From IMG/VR virus record IMGVR_UViG_3300008255_000023, positions 1-45,487 of that record: DNA of 45,487 nucleotides. One strand, written 5' to 3'. The notes under the pieces are model-generated. The model searched no databases and was not told the DNA's origin. It saw only the letters and a list, made by a program, of their open reading frames with translations. Positions 36,737 through 45,364 of the stretch are shown here, piece by piece (the first letter of the stretch is position 1; every line of letters begins with the position of its first letter). The stretch comes from a virus (Duplodnaviria > Caudoviricetes). Made by a program: the position numbers and the translations under genes.

Positions 36737-38169
36737 TATTTAGGCTCGGCGGTTCCCGCTGCCATTACGCCGGAGTCGACCCGATCGAGAAACTCGCCCA
36801 CGTCTTCGATGTCGAGAAACGGCGCGAGATATTCGATCGCCTTCTGTCGATCGATTAGACCGAGTTCGTAAAGCTGCACGATCGCCGCCGAGTGCTCTCG
36901 AAGGTCGACCGCTGTCGGTTCTACCACTGGCGGCCATACCGCAGAAATTCTGGTGTCGTCGGCCTTCGAAGCGCCAGTCGCTCGAAGCATCTTTAAGAGA
37001 AGTCGGCCGAGCCCTTCCTCGTAACCGGGCCGAAGATTCTGCACGAGTAAGACCATAGGATAAAGAAGCCGTTCGAGAGCGACGCCAGAAGCGGCGCCGA
37101 TGAATTGCGCCGGGTCGTGGTCAACTACCTGCACGATCTCGTTAAAAAGATTCCTGACCATTCGGGTATAGTCCATCGCACTTGCCGAGCCCGTTCCGTT
37201 CATCTCTAAGAGCTTGGCGTCGGCCTTGCCGCTTGCGTCGCCCGGGTCGTTTTGCACGAGTAACGTGTTGTTTCCGCCTCTTCGAATCGCGGCGTCGTTC
37301 GCCGGGTCGACGCCGACGAATAAGAGCGTCGGTTCTTGATTGTACCGAATACCGCGACCGGTCTGCGAAAGTGTATAATTCACTTCGTCTTCGAGACCGA
37401 ACTCGACATCTTCGACCAGTGGCGCGCCGTCGATATCGTGGGCGACATCGATCGGCGTAATCCACTCGGCGGGAACGAATCCGAGACCGTGTGTTACGGT
37501 TGCCTCGGCGTCTTCTTTCCACTTCACTTTCTCAGATATCGGCCCGGCGACCGGGAAGTATTCGATCGTCGCGTTAACGGTCCAGTCTCGCCGATGCCAA
37601 GTCTCGACACGTTCGCCGGTCTCTTCGTCATCCTTGAAGGTGCGCCAGTACTCGATCAGTTCGAGAAGCTCGTCAAACGCGATACCGAGTTCGATCGCCA
37701 TTGCCCGATCGTCTCGGCCGAACTTTGGTTCGGCCTTGCCGGCGTTTATGATTTCGGTATCGATCCGGCCGTCGTCGAACACGTAAAAACCGACCGCAAC
37801 GGTCCCGTGCAGGCAACCGAGCCGGCCGATCTCAAGATATCGGCGACGAAGTCCAGACGCCGAGACGACATCAGCGAGCGCCTCATTTATGTCTTTGTCT
37901 TCTTGCTCAGACTTCCACGTCGGCGCATGACCCTCGCCGAACAGGTGCGCGTTGATACGGTTGACCGCTTTGCGAGTTAGGCCGATCTGGATCGACGGCC
38001 TCTTTTCTCGAAGCGGTTTCTCGGGAGTGTCCCAAGGTTCGAGATCTTCGTATTGCTTGCCCCAGTAGTAGGCGCTCGCTCGATTGAAGCGCGCCTCGCG
38101 CTCGGTAAACCCTAAGACTTTCGCCATCTTCATTGCCTCGCGTAATTGTCGAACGCCGCTCGATTCCAT
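36736..38169 (-). CDS. Portal protein (SPP1 gp6-like)
   Basis: AYYWGKQ, HGLGFVP and ASGVAL motifs; follows terL. Confidence 0.8.
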   Translation of the reverse strand: MESSGVRQLREAMKMAKVLGFTEREARFNRASAYYWGKQYEDLEPWDTPEKPLREKRPSIQIGLTRKAVNRINAHLFGEGHAPTWKSEQEDKDINEALADVVSASGLRRRYLEIGRLGCLHGTVAVGFYVFDDGRIDTEIINAGKAEPKFGRDDRAMAIELGIAFDELLELIEYWRTFKDDEETGERVETWHRRDWTVNATIEYFPVAGPISEKVKWKEDAEATVTHGLGFVPAEWITPIDVAHDIDGAPLVEDVEFGLEDEVNYTLSQTGRGIRYNQEPTLLFVGVDPANDAAIRRGGNNTLLVQNDPGDASGKADAKLLEMNGTGSASAMDYTRMVRNLFNEIVQVVDHDPAQFIGAASGVALERLLYPMVLLVQNLRPGYEEGLGRLLLKMLRATGASKADDTRISAVWPPVVEPTAVDLREHSAAIVQLYELGLIDRQKAIEYLAPFLDIEDVGEFLDRVDSGVMAAGTAEPK

Positions 38170-38170
38170 C

Positions 38171-39640
38171 TTATGCCACCAGGTCGAAAGCGTCGAAGCT
38201 CAAGCCCTTCGCGATCTCGTCCGCCACAAAGAGCCGGTTTCGCTTCGCTTCTGTATAGACACCATAACGCAAAGCATCAACCGAGTGATCACCCTCTTTG
38301 ACTGGCTTGCCGCTGCTATCATCTTTCCAGCGGTACGAAGCGAGCTCGCGTCGAAGGTGCTTGCAGTCTTCGTGAATATAGAGCGTCGGCCGCATAATAC
38401 CATCAGGCCGCATAACCGGCTTAAGTAGCGTCGCCAGAAGATCGATCCCGGGGTTTACCGAGTTATCGGCGCGGCGAATATCGATCTTTTCCTGCCTGAA
38501 CATTACGATGTTCGCGGGTTCGCTCGGGTCGGCCCAAGCGTGCGCGACGCCGCGCTTCTCGGCCGCCTTGAATCGGTCGCGCCACGAGTCGACGCCGATC
38601 GAATCTGGCGGAGGCATAAGAGGCAGCTCGCGTTGATAGTCTTCGCGGTAGGCGTAGAGATAGCCTTCGAGCGATAGACCGATCTCGATCTGCGAGCCCG
38701 GGTTACTGTGTCCCCAGTCGATCCCGGCGAATCTACGGTAAACGCTCGGCGGTATATTTTTAACGATGTGCGTCGCGTCGTCGACGAAATCCTCGAAAAC
38801 CTTGCCCTCGAACGCGTCGAAGCTCGCCTCGTAGTTCCTGAGGTAAAGCGCCTTCGATAGTGTCGCCTTAGCCTCGGCCGCTTCTGCCACGAGATGTGGT
38901 AGCGAGGTATTGTCTACGGTTCTAAAGTGAATGTTCGCGTAACCCTCGCGCGACTGAGCCCAAAGATCCGAATGCACCCAATTTTTGCCCATTGGCGTCG
39001 TCGTGAACAGCGACCAGCCTAGCCGATCGGATAGCGCCGGGCGCAAGTTATCGGCCCACGTTGCCGACTTGATTCGCGCCGCTTCGTCGAGCCAGGCGCC
39101 GTTGAGACCCGAGCCCACAAGTCGAAGCGGGTTGTCGGCCGATTTGAACTCGATCAAGATTCCGCCGCGTAGCCATAGGGCGTTTTCGGTCGACGAATAA
39201 CGAAGAATCAAAGGCGAGTCGACGCCGCCCAAGATCTCGAAGATCTCTCGCCGCTGGTAGACGCCGAGAGCATAGGTCGGCGCGACGCACCAGTACCACG
39301 TGAACGGCTTCGTTTCGGCCGAGATTCTCGCCGGAGCGGTCCACGTTGCACCCTTGCCGACCTCGGTCCAATAATCGCGGACAATGCGTTTAAAGAACTC
39401 TCGGCCGCCGCCGTAGGTCTTGCCCGAGCGCCGACCGGCGACAACCGTAACGAAGCGGTTCTCAATCATTGCTTGCGCGAGGTTTTCTTGCGCGCCGTGC
39501 GGTTGGTACGTCGAGAGGTATTCACGGGCGAACACTTCGACCGAAGGGAAGCTATCGCCGATCCCGCCCGTGATTCTCTGGAATAGCGGCGCCAGCTTTG
39601 CGAGCGCGCCGCTAGTGTAATTTCGTGAGTTTGTCTTCAT
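38171..39640 (-). CDS. terL: Terminase large subunit
   Basis: AGRRSGKT, AWLDEAA, FTTTP, GIDWG, WADPS, DHSVDALRY. Confidence 0.95.
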   Translation of the reverse strand: MKTNSRNYTSGALAKLAPLFQRITGGIGDSFPSVEVFAREYLSTYQPHGAQENLAQAMIENRFVTVVAGRRSGKTYGGGREFFKRIVRDYWTEVGKGATWTAPARISAETKPFTWYWCVAPTYALGVYQRREIFEILGGVDSPLILRYSSTENALWLRGGILIEFKSADNPLRLVGSGLNGAWLDEAARIKSATWADNLRPALSDRLGWSLFTTTPMGKNWVHSDLWAQSREGYANIHFRTVDNTSLPHLVAEAAEAKATLSKALYLRNYEASFDAFEGKVFEDFVDDATHIVKNIPPSVYRRFAGIDWGHSNPGSQIEIGLSLEGYLYAYREDYQRELPLMPPPDSIGVDSWRDRFKAAEKRGVAHAWADPSEPANIVMFRQEKIDIRRADNSVNPGIDLLATLLKPVMRPDGIMRPTLYIHEDCKHLRRELASYRWKDDSSGKPVKEGDHSVDALRYGVYTEAKRNRLFVADEIAKGLSFDAFDLVA

Positions 39641-40178
39641 CGCCCAAAACTTCGAGAAGTGAGTCGACGGCGAGCGCTCTCGATTCCTGCTCGGCCGCGG
39701 TCTCGAAAAGTTTTGCGGTTGCTTGAATAAATTTCGGAAGCTCGCGCGGGCATAACACGAGTTCGGTGTCTTTCTCGAAGACTTCGAGCGAACGCTCAAT
39801 AATCGCCATCGCTCGGATCGCGTTACGGGTCGACGCCTCGGCGTAGTTGAGAAGTCGCTCGCGGAATCCGTTTAGCTTGGCGACGTGGTCGATCTCCATT
39901 CGGGCGACGCTTGCGGCGTCCTGATACCGATCGAAGGCAAGTACGCGGGCGACCCAATCGTTCGCCGAGCTCCACGCGGCGAAGTATCCCGGCGCCCGTT
40001 TGTTCTTTGGAGGTTCGCCGGTTCTCTCGACGGCGTAGGCATTCCACGCGGCGAGCATGGTCCGCTCAATCGGGACCGTGTCGCGGTAATACTTAAACGC
40101 GGCCCACTGGGCGTCAGTTTCGCGCTGTAGGCGTTCCCAAGGTTCGGCCGGGCGTTCTGTCGTCTGTTCGTCTAACAT
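39612..40178 (-). CDS. terS: Terminase small subunit
   Basis: PWERLQRETDAQWAAFKYYRD...WSSANDWVARVLAFD helical motif; overlaps the terL start. Confidence 0.65.
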   Translation of the reverse strand: MLDEQTTERPAEPWERLQRETDAQWAAFKYYRDTVPIERTMLAAWNAYAVERTGEPPKNKRAPGYFAAWSSANDWVARVLAFDRYQDAASVARMEIDHVAKLNGFRERLLNYAEASTRNAIRAMAIIERSLEVFEKDTELVLCPRELPKFIQATAKLFETAAEQESRALAVDSLLEVLGDEDKLTKLH

Positions 40179-40245
40179 GCGTCTCCGTTGCTCTCGCTCG
40201 ATATTAACCGCATGTAAGGGTAAAGGCTAGTCGCCCGACGCCAGG

Positions 40246-40572
40246 CTATCGAACCCGAACTTCGCCGAGTGTGAGGTAAAGGCCGGTCACTTCTTCGAAG
40301 AGGCTCGGCAAGTCTTGGGCGTACACGTTAACCGACTTCTTAACGATCGAGAACTTAACGCCGCGAGTCTTGAGAAACTCGACCGAATAAGTGTCGTCGG
40401 CGTCGAGCTTGATCGAGACGTAGTTCGCCGACTTGCTTGCGCTGAATCGAAAAGCAAGTTCGCTCTTACCAGCGAGGAACGACTTCGCGCCAGTCATTGC
40501 CGAGACGCGAGAAGCGCCGCCGAGCTGGGCGAGGATTGTATCGGCGACGGTGTTTTGTGTGTTGGCGTTCAT
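40246..40572 (-). CDS. Hypothetical phage protein
   Basis: TILAQLGG...AMTGAK...DTYSVEF...VYAQDL..LFEEVTGLY; preceded by leader copy B. Confidence 0.75.
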   Translation of the reverse strand: MNANTQNTVADTILAQLGGASRVSAMTGAKSFLAGKSELAFRFSASKSANYVSIKLDADDTYSVEFLKTRGVKFSIVKKSVNVYAQDLPSLFEEVTGLYLTLGEVRVR

Positions 40573-40639
40573 GGTCGATCCTTCGAGCTGAGTTAAGGTT
40601 ACACGAGAAAAGCCCCGTGCTTGCGCTACGGGGCGAGTC
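40570..40639 (-). promoter_or_regulatory. Repeated leader element, copy B
   Basis: GACTC-GCCCCGT-a-GCGCAAGC-ACGGGGC-TTTTC-TCGTGTAACCTTAAC...TCGAAGGATCGA-cc-ATG. Confidence 0.7.
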
Positions 40640-40654
40640 GAGACCGGTCCGGCC

Positions 40655-40960
40655 TTAGTTCCCAGCGACCCAAGCGGCCGCATCCTCGGCGTTGTCGAAC
40701 GCCTCGTCGTATCCAGTGAGATCGTTTCGGCCGTCTTCGTCGACGCTTACGATCCTAAACCAGAAGCTGCCGCCGTCATCGAGCGCCAAGAAGCGACCGC
40801 CGCCGAGTTCGACTTGCGCCTCGGTCGTGTTCGGGTTCACAAGGTCAGCGTCGATCCCCTCGGCGTTTAACGCCCGTTCGATCAACCGAAGTCCGCGGGT
40901 TGCGTTCTCGGTTGTTGCCAGAATTGCCGCTGCCTTAAAGTCGTTAGCAAAGTTTTTCAT
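40655..40960 (-). CDS. Hypothetical acidic protein
   Basis: First ORF after the promoter at 41000-41028; TCGAAGGATCGA precedes the ATG. Confidence 0.7.
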   Translation of the reverse strand: MKNFANDFKAAAILATTENATRGLRLIERALNAEGIDADLVNPNTTEAQVELGGGRFLALDDGGSFWFRIVSVDEDGRNDLTGYDEAFDNAEDAAAWVAGN

Positions 40961-40999
40961 GATGTCGATCCTTCGATGTTTGTTTCTTAACGCCCCCTG

Positions 41000-41028
41000 A
41001 AGATAGCGACGCCTTTCTCGCCCGTCAA
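41000..41028 (-). promoter_or_regulatory. sigma70-type early promoter
   Basis: TTGACG-17 nt-TATCTT; flanks shared with the 42923-42951 promoter. Confidence 0.75.
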
Positions 41029-41051
41029 CCATTATTATTGTTTGAATGTTA

Positions 41052-41762
41052 TTAGATCTCGAATCTAAGCCAGGTCGTGAGCGTTCGCCCCTTCTCGCCG
41101 CGCTCTCGATCCCAGATAAACCATGCAGACGTGCAGTTATTCTGATTCTTCGCGTTGATATAGTGAACCCTCGGGAGGATCAAAAGATCTGTCGGCGGAT
41201 CGTCGAACAGGATCTGAGCCCGGTCTTTGCACGGTTCGAGCATCGTTAACCGCAAGAGCATCGCGACCGAAGCGCCCGTCGAGAGCATCTTCTTAACAAA
41301 GTCGCTCGCCATGACGGTTCGCCCGTCGACCTTAATAACGAAGGGCGGGTTCGAGACGTACCAGTCGACGCCGGCGAAAGGTTCTTCGACCAGGAAGTCG
41401 CGCGCCGGCATATCGGTGCCCCTGCCTCGGCCTCGCGACCAGTGGAACGAATCGGCATCCGGATCGATATCCGTCCCGAGGTAGTGCGTTACGGGCTCGT
41501 GCACTCGAAGCGCGCGGCCGATCCAGTCGGCCCCACAGCAAGGCTCGTGCACTTTGCCGGCGAGACGGTCGCCGAGGTACGCGAGAAGAGGCTCAGTCGC
41601 CGAGACGGGCGTGTAATACCGATCGAGAGGGTCGCGCTTCGACTTCTTCTTCTTTGGCTTCTCGGCCTCGGCCTCGGCAGCACAATAGGAGCACGGCCGC
41701 TCGAATATTTCACGAGAGCACTTATCGCAGTGGTCGATCTCGTATTCGTTCATTTTACCCAC
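41052..41762 (-). CDS. Orphan amino (N6-adenine-type) DNA methyltransferase with N-terminal Cys4 motif
   Basis: DRYYTP (X), EPCCGADWI (I), GTDID (II), DFL (III), VSNPPF (IV), AMLLRL, SAWFIW. Confidence 0.8.
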   Translation of the reverse strand: MGKMNEYEIDHCDKCSREIFERPCSYCAAEAEAEKPKKKKSKRDPLDRYYTPVSATEPLLAYLGDRLAGKVHEPCCGADWIGRALRVHEPVTHYLGTDIDPDADSFHWSRGRGRGTDMPARDFLVEEPFAGVDWYVSNPPFVIKVDGRTVMASDFVKKMLSTGASVAMLLRLTMLEPCKDRAQILFDDPPTDLLILPRVHYINAKNQNNCTSAWFIWDRERGEKGRTLTTWLRFEI

Positions 41763-41962
41763 CTTCCGTTCTTAAATTCTCGAAGCGATTCGCCGGGCTC
41801 GTCGATCCAATCGACTGTCACAATATTGATTGATCCGCACTTTACGCACGTAATCTTGCCGACGTCGCGATCGGCCACAACGCCGATCCAGATCGAATAA
41901 CACTCACGACAGACGAGCGTGATAGCGTTCCAGCCTATTCGGCCGACGACTTCGCCGCTCAT
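41750..41962 (-). CDS. Small zinc-ribbon protein
   Basis: CREC...CVKCGS. Confidence 0.6.
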   Translation of the reverse strand: MSGEVVGRIGWNAITLVCRECYSIWIGVVADRDVGKITCVKCGSINIVTVDWIDEPGESLREFKNGRWVK

Positions 41963-42321
41963 CGGTCGATCACCTTTCGAAACATGGTTTTAGGATAGGC
42001 GCCGCTCTTAGGGATTACGATCCGTTCGGGTCGCTCGTTAAGCTGCCAGAATTCCCAGATCTCGCCGGGTTGCGGTATGTCGTCGCCGTGTTGAGCTGGG
42101 TTGCTTTCATCCGGCCAAGTGCCGCGAAGTCGTTCGCGCTCCTTCTCCTTTCGATACTTGAGAACCTTCTTCTCGTCGAGTCGGTCGATCTGCGCCAGTG
42201 CGAAAGTCGAGAGTTCGAGAAGCGCATCGCACTCATTCGATCCGAGTATTCGATTCCGCTCGGCGTTCGCCGCGAGTCTCTCGGCCGTCGCCCGAAGTCG
42301 GTTTAGTTTCTTCTGCTTCAT
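41959..42321 (-). CDS. Hypothetical protein
   Basis: ATGA overlaps on both sides; SD GAGG. Confidence 0.65.
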   Translation of the reverse strand: MKQKKLNRLRATAERLAANAERNRILGSNECDALLELSTFALAQIDRLDEKKVLKYRKEKERERLRGTWPDESNPAQHGDDIPQPGEIWEFWQLNERPERIVIPKSGAYPKTMFRKVIDR

Positions 42322-42458
42322 GATTCGACCTCGGCACTGTCGAATTCTGGCCTCGGAGATCCAGGCACCACGCTAAAGGCCGTCATAAGCACGGCGCGCC
42401 GGCCGACCCTGTTGCACTTGGCTTTAATCTCTTCGCTTACTTCGTTTGGTTCGATCAT
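42318..42458 (-). CDS. 46-aa hypothetical protein (below the ORF-track cutoff)
   Basis: MIEPNEVSEEIKAKC...AEVES*; ATGA-coupled at both ends, with ACGAGGGTT upstream. Confidence 0.5.
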   Translation of the reverse strand: MIEPNEVSEEIKAKCNRVGRRAVLMTAFSVVPGSPRPEFDSAEVES

Positions 42459-42637
42459 TTTTTAACCCTCGTTTTTGCGGGGCGAGCCCAGAATAGTGTT
42501 AGTTGCTCTTTAGGCGTTTCGCCCGGCTTTCTTTCGAGTTCGATATCGGTCGCGCCGAACTCAAGATCTACAGTGTACGGGCATCGGTAAGGCGCTTCGA
42601 CTTTCGCCGGGCGCTTATCGTTACTGTCCGCAGGCAT
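42455..42637 (-). CDS. Small hypothetical protein
   Basis: Overlaps both neighbours in the operon. Confidence 0.5.
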   Translation of the reverse strand: MPADSNDKRPAKVEAPYRCPYTVDLEFGATDIELERKPGETPKEQLTLFWARPAKTRVKK

Positions 42638-42836
42638 CGGCCCAGCCCTTGAGATAAGCGAGGACCGCGGCGCACTCGGCGACCCACCACTCGCCCGACC
42701 CTGAGTCGACGATCGCTTCGTAGTGCGCCACAGCGGCGCCCACGGTCTTAAATAAGGTCTCGCCGTCCTGACCCGAGACCAGAAAGCCGGTGTGGTCGAT
42801 CTCGATCGTGAAATTTTCTGATTTGAAGTTGTACAT
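42621..42836 (-). CDS. Small hypothetical protein
   Basis: First ORF behind the promoter and leader copy C. Confidence 0.7.
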   Translation of the reverse strand: MYNFKSENFTIEIDHTGFLVSGQDGETLFKTVGAAVAHYEAIVDSGSGEWWVAECAAVLAYLKGWADACGQ

Positions 42837-42904
42837 TGTTCGATCCTCGAAACGGGTTAAGGTTACACCTGAAAAGCTCGCCCCTTGCGAGGGCGAGCGA
42901 GTCG
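42834..42904 (-). promoter_or_regulatory. Repeated leader element, copy C
   Basis: GACTC-GCTCGCCCT-CGCAAG-GGGCGAGC-TTTTC-AGGTGTAACCTTAAC...TTCGAGGATCGAA-ca-ATG. Confidence 0.7.
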
Positions 42905-42922
42905 GTTTCTTGCTACCCCCTG

Positions 42923-42951
42923 AAGCTAGTTCCGAACCTTTCTCGGGTCAA
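42923..42951 (-). promoter_or_regulatory. sigma70-type early promoter
   Basis: TTGACC-17 nt-TAGCTT preceded by CAATAATAATGG. Confidence 0.7.
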
Positions 42952-43099
42952 CCATTATTATTGTTATTCGTGTCGATTATCGAAAAACGGCGCGCCAGAA
43001 GATAGACGAGAACCGTCTTAGTCCTAGCAATCATGCGGGCGCGGCGTAATCGAAAGGCAATGTCGATCAATTCGTCTTCGCTCCAAAGTTCGACCAGGT

Positions 43100-43306
43100 T
43101 CATCGGCGGACCCTTTGGATCGAGATCGTGCGCTCGGCGTCGACAGTGATCGACGCTTGGTTTCGAGATATAGCGCCGACCTCGATAAAGATCTTTCGGC
43201 CGTCCTCAAGCGTTACGATGATCGACTCGCCTTCGAACCTCTTCACGGTCACTCGGCCGCGCCGCTCTTCTTCTTGTAGGAGCATATCGCCCTTTTTAAC
43301 TTCCAT
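43100..43306 (-). CDS. CsrA/RsmA-like protein
   Basis: VTVKRFEGESIIV...IFIEVGAISRNQASITVDAERTISIQR follows the CsrA pattern LILTRRVGETLMI...[27 protein letters not shown]. Confidence 0.6.
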   Translation of the reverse strand: MEVKKGDMLLQEEERRGRVTVKRFEGESIIVTLEDGRKIFIEVGAISRNQASITVDAERTISIQRVRR

Positions 43307-43354
43307 GTTCTGACCCTCGTTTTTGCGCCAGCTCGGCCGGCGCGGTTGTAATAT

Positions 43355-43660
43355 TTAGACCCGAAACGGGTTAACGTAATATGACCCGTTGGCGACGCGT
43401 GACTTCTCGGCTATAGCTTCGTCGAGAGCGCCGATCGGGTACTCGTGCAGTTTCAACGCGTAAAGCGCCAGCCTTGCCCACAGCTCGCACGACTCGCAAT
43501 AACGGAACGTCTGGAAGCCGATTCCGGCCCACTTGCCCGAGAGCATCGAGTATCGTTCGCCGCGCTCGATTGTCAGAAGACACTCAAAACACGCGTGCTC
43601 GCGCTTCGCCCGATGCCAGGTCCAGCGCGAGAAGATCGGCGGGTTAAGTTCGGCCGTCAT
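43355..43660 (-). CDS. Cys4 zinc-binding hypothetical protein
   Basis: RAKREHACFEC..IERGERY...YCESC. Confidence 0.65.
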   Translation of the reverse strand: MTAELNPPIFSRWTWHRAKREHACFECLLTIERGERYSMLSGKWAGIGFQTFRYCESCELWARLALYALKLHEYPIGALDEAIAEKSRVANGSYYVNPFRV

Positions 43661-44106
43661 CGCTTGCCCTTTTTACCCCTCGCCTTCTCGACCCTTTTTC
43701 GAGTGGCAGTCGACGGCCCCTTGCCCTTCTCTCGAATCTTGAGGCTTGAGTTTTGCGCCAGGATTTCGAGCACCTTGGCGCCGGCCGGTTCGCCGCGTAC
43801 AAAGGCCGTTACAACGTGCCACGACTCGCCGAACATCTTCGACACAGCCTCGATACCCTCTCGAACAAACGAGCGTCCTACGGTCTCAAGGTTGACCAAA
43901 ACATACTCGTTTTGCTTGCACTTCGAGGCGAACAGATACCAGCCTCGAAGTGAACCGAACTCGACGCCGTTAAGCGCTTCTGCACGATAGTTGAGCGTCC
44001 TAGGCTTCATATTCCCGGCCGTCGAGTAGACCGACTTGGGTTCGATTCCCAATACCTCGGCCATTACCTTTCGCTCGAACGGCCCGAGCACCGGTAGTGT
44101 GTTCAT
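43657..44106 (-). CDS. Hypothetical protein
   Basis: ATGA-coupled on both sides; basic tail. Confidence 0.6.
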   Translation of the reverse strand: MNTLPVLGPFERKVMAEVLGIEPKSVYSTAGNMKPRTLNYRAEALNGVEFGSLRGWYLFASKCKQNEYVLVNLETVGRSFVREGIEAVSKMFGESWHVVTAFVRGEPAGAKVLEILAQNSSLKIREKGKGPSTATRKRVEKARGKKGKR

Positions 44107-44786
44107 GGCTCAACCCCATCTTTCCAAGAGATTACACCGACCGATTCCCAATTCGCCGAAGCGGTCGCGTTAGAGTTCGTCGGATCAAGTTTGTCGGCGA
44201 GCTTTCGAAGTTCGGCGCCGATCTTGTTCGCTTCTCGAAGCACGTCGTCGCGTTGCTTCTGAGTTTCCACTAGCTTCGCCAGTGCCTTCTTTCCGTTCTC
44301 GTCGCGCTGCTTCCGAACCAGATCGAGTTCCGACTGTAGGCGGTCGGCGCGTTCGATCACGGCGTCGTTTGGTAGCGACTTCGAGTCGAGAAGGTCTTCG
44401 AACGCCTTGTTCGCGGCGAGCGTCGGGTCGAACCCGAGCGCGGCGATCATGTTTCGATATTCTTTCGCGGCGTTCTGGCGGTTATCTGCGACCAGGCTAC
44501 CGACGAAGTATTCACACGCGGTCTTGAGTCGATCGAAACTCGCCAGTTTGTCCGCGGTTTCTTCGTGCGGGCAAAAAGAGATCTCGCTAACGTCCTGACT
44601 GCATCCGTTTTGGTGCGAGCATAGTGTAGGCGCGAGCGCGAGTTCGGCCTTCAGTCGTTCGATCTCGGCGTCGGACTGCTTCGAGACCGCGCTTATTCTG
44701 GCCTGTAGAGTGTCGACGGTCGCGTTGTAGTGCTCCAACCGGATGAAGCCGGGCGGGACTTCCTGATAGGGTTTCTCGCTACTCAT
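44103..44786 (-). CDS. Coiled-coil hypothetical protein
   Basis: ATG 44786 overlaps the stop of the HTH gene. Confidence 0.65.
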   Translation of the reverse strand: MSSEKPYQEVPPGFIRLEHYNATVDTLQARISAVSKQSDAEIERLKAELALAPTLCSHQNGCSQDVSEISFCPHEETADKLASFDRLKTACEYFVGSLVADNRQNAAKEYRNMIAALGFDPTLAANKAFEDLLDSKSLPNDAVIERADRLQSELDLVRKQRDENGKKALAKLVETQKQRDDVLREANKIGAELRKLADKLDPTNSNATASANWESVGVISWKDGVEP

Positions 44787-45004
44787 AGCGAACCGCCTTC
44801 GACTGGCGCGCCGATCGTGAACGAACCTAGCTCGGCCGAGAGCCTGAGAAGGCTCGTAATAGTCGGCGCGACTTCGCCCCGTTCCCACGCCCCAAGGTGG
44901 CCTTGCATCGTTCCCACCTTCTCGGCGAGCGCCTTCTGACTTAACCGAAGGTCGACCCGCCGTTCGCGAATTGCCTTCCCGAGCTCTTCGATGTTCTGGA
45001 TCAT
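44783..45004 (-). CDS. XRE-family HTH regulator
   Basis: IRERRVDLRLSQKALAEKVGTMQGHLGAWERGEVAPT. Confidence 0.85.
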   Translation of the reverse strand: MIQNIEELGKAIRERRVDLRLSQKALAEKVGTMQGHLGAWERGEVAPTITSLLRLSAELGSFTIGAPVEGGSL

Positions 45005-45014
45005 GATTCGTCTC

Positions 45015-45326
45015 CTACTTGATTACAGTTCTGTTCCATTCCGTTAGCGTTTCGGCCTCTTCTAGAATCGCCACGTCGACCGCTCCGGCCTTGAACGCCA
45101 TTAGCTCGACTTGATCGAAGAGTTCGTCGCCGGACCGGTTAGGCGCCGATCCGAATTCTTCGAAGTACCGAATGGTATGTCTGGCGTCGATTCGGAATCG
45201 CTCGCGCTTGACCTCGTGCCGAACGTCGAGCCCGGCCGCTTTGCGATCGAGCGCGACGAGTCGGCATTCGCGAAGTGCAGCTATCACGCGGGCGCGCGCG
45301 AATCGGGGCTCACTGTTTTTAGTCAT
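45015..45326 (-). CDS. Hypothetical protein
   Basis: ATG overlaps the stop of the junction-spanning gene. Confidence 0.6.
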   Translation of the reverse strand: MTKNSEPRFARARVIAALRECRLVALDRKAAGLDVRHEVKRERFRIDARHTIRYFEEFGSAPNRSGDELFDQVELMAFKAGAVDVAILEEAETLTEWNRTVIK

Positions 45327-45364
45327 CGGTCGGCCTTATGTATAACGCCGGTCCCATCGCAAAA

